A DNA stretch of 63,723 nucleotides, filler included, from Octopus bimaculoides (taxonomy: Eukaryota), in NCBI RefSeq assembly GCF_001194135.2. It is 9 parts of 8 records of this genome, joined end to end, with 100 filler letters (N's around TTAATTAATTAA, not from the genome) between each part and the next. Parts side by side here need not be neighbours in the genome. Positions count along the whole stretch, not along the records: positions 62,365 to 63,723 come from NW_026369268.1; 8 more parts are not named here. One strand, 5' to 3'. Under the pieces are notes generated by a model, which did no database searches, was not told the DNA's origin, and saw only the letters and a list, made by a program, of their open reading frames with translations. Of the stretch, positions 62,413 through 63,723 are shown one piece after another. Each line of letters starts with the position of its first letter. Position 1 is the stretch's first letter. The position numbers were made by a program, and so were the translations under genes.

Positions 62413-63692
62413 CTGGGTTGGCAAGACAGTAATTACTCTTTTCTCAATTGGTAACAATTTTCTTGAATGACTTTTTTCAATGTTATGATTTTAACTTTTT
62501 TCTTTTATCATTTGATAGCTTACTTTAGAAGGAAATTGTGCACAATTTTGTTTACAGGTGTTAGTTCAGTGTCAATCTCAACATGGAACGCAAAAAGGAA
62601 CATTTGCGCCATATATTCCTTTTTTTTTTTTTCATAAAGGCAAGAAAGCTGCAGAGGCTCACAATGAGATATGGGAAGTTTATGGTGTTGATTGATTAAC
62701 AGAATGCACATGTCAGAAATGGGTTAAAAAAATTTTGTTCTGGAGATTTTTTACTCAAAAATGACCAACGTTGTGGTTAGCCTATTGAAGTTGATGAAGA
62801 CTGAATCAAAGCCATAATTGAATCTGATTGTCATATAACTGAGCGAGAGATTGCAGAGAGGTTAAATGTATCACACATAACAATTAAAAAAATCACTTAA
62901 AATGCCGTGGACTTGTTAAAGAAGCTCAATATTTGGGTTCCACATAAATTGAAGGAGATTCATTTAACATAACGAATCAATATTTGTGATATGCATCTCA
63001 AACGCAATGAAATCAAGCTATTTTGAAACAAACTATCACTGGTGATGGAAAATGGATTGTTTACGATAACATCAATTGAAAACGATTATGGTCCAAGCGT
63101 AGTGAACCAGCACAAACCACACTGAAAGCTGAAATGCATCAAAAAAGGTGATTCTGTCAATTTGGTGGGATTATAAGGATGTTGTGTATTATGACCTGCT
63201 TCTAAGGAACCAAACAATCAATTTAAATGTTTACTGTAAACAACTAATGAAACTGAAGAAAACAATCAAACACAAACGTCCAGAACTGGCAAATCATAAA
63301 GAAATTGTGTTCCACAATGACAACGCTAGATCATACACATATTTGCGAACTCATGAAAAATTATTGAAGTTTGGTTAGGAAGTAATGTCACATCCACCAT
63401 ATAGCCGGGACCTTGAATCATCAGATTACCATTTATTTTGAAGTATACAAAAATACTTTGAATGGTAAAACTTCCAAAATTGATGATGACATGAAATCTC
63501 ACTTCCTTCAGTTTTTGGCTGAGAAGGACCAGAAAATCTATGAACATAGAAACATGAATTTGTCATAAAGATAGCAAAAGGTCATCGAACAAAATGGGAA
63601 ACAAAATAAATGGGTAACGTTCATTCTTCGTATCAAAAGAAGTGACTTTTATGTCATGCTACAAAACTGAAATTACTTTCTTGCCAACCCAA
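62413..63692 (+). mobile_element. Full-length but heavily decayed mariner (DD34D), a different family from 11333
   Basis: TIRs TGGGTTGGCAAGA.AGTAATT at both ends. ORF from 62583 MERKKEHLRH with WVPHKL, TGD, FHNDNARS and PPYSRDLESSDYHL; many stops and frameshifts. Confidence 0.92.
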
Positions 63693-63723
63693 AATGTATA
63701 TATATGCAAAATACGTATATATA

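Overview
This is AT-rich, microsatellite-saturated animal genomic DNA from a gappy short-read assembly. The SINE repertoire looks like octopod cephalopod (Octopus-like) DNA; that taxonomy is inferred from recalled repeat families, not from a search. Eight identical 100-bp spacers (44 N + TTAATTAATTAA + 44 N) show that the window is nine stitched pieces, so linkage across them is unproven. No complete gene is visible. The host-gene signal is one convincing minus-strand phase 1-1 exon encoding a MAM-like domain (38221-38565) and two weaker minus-strand exon candidates (24417-24579, 18817-18960). The rest is a graveyard of mobile elements. DNA transposons: Tc1/mariner relics of three catalytic types (DD34D, DD37D/maT, DD41D), a MITE, a Helentron-type non-autonomous element and a possible hAT-type MITE. 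Retroelements: R4/Dong, CR1, RTE and Penelope-like fragments, plus about 18 tRNA-derived SINE copies built from interchangeable modules. The most interesting observations are four. (1) A minimal type I hammerhead ribozyme sits in a Penelope-like repeat whose inverted twin has lost exactly the ribozyme. (2) A 38-nt U2 snRNA retrocopy with target-site duplications lies just upstream of a candidate 3' splice site. (3) An RTE LINE has a textbook twin-priming 5' inversion. (4) An RTE 3' end carries an intact array of three C2H2 zinc fingers. No CRISPR arrays, rRNA or true tRNA genes were found. I cannot demonstrate a complete new system from sequence alone; the ribozyme-bearing repeats are the best lead.
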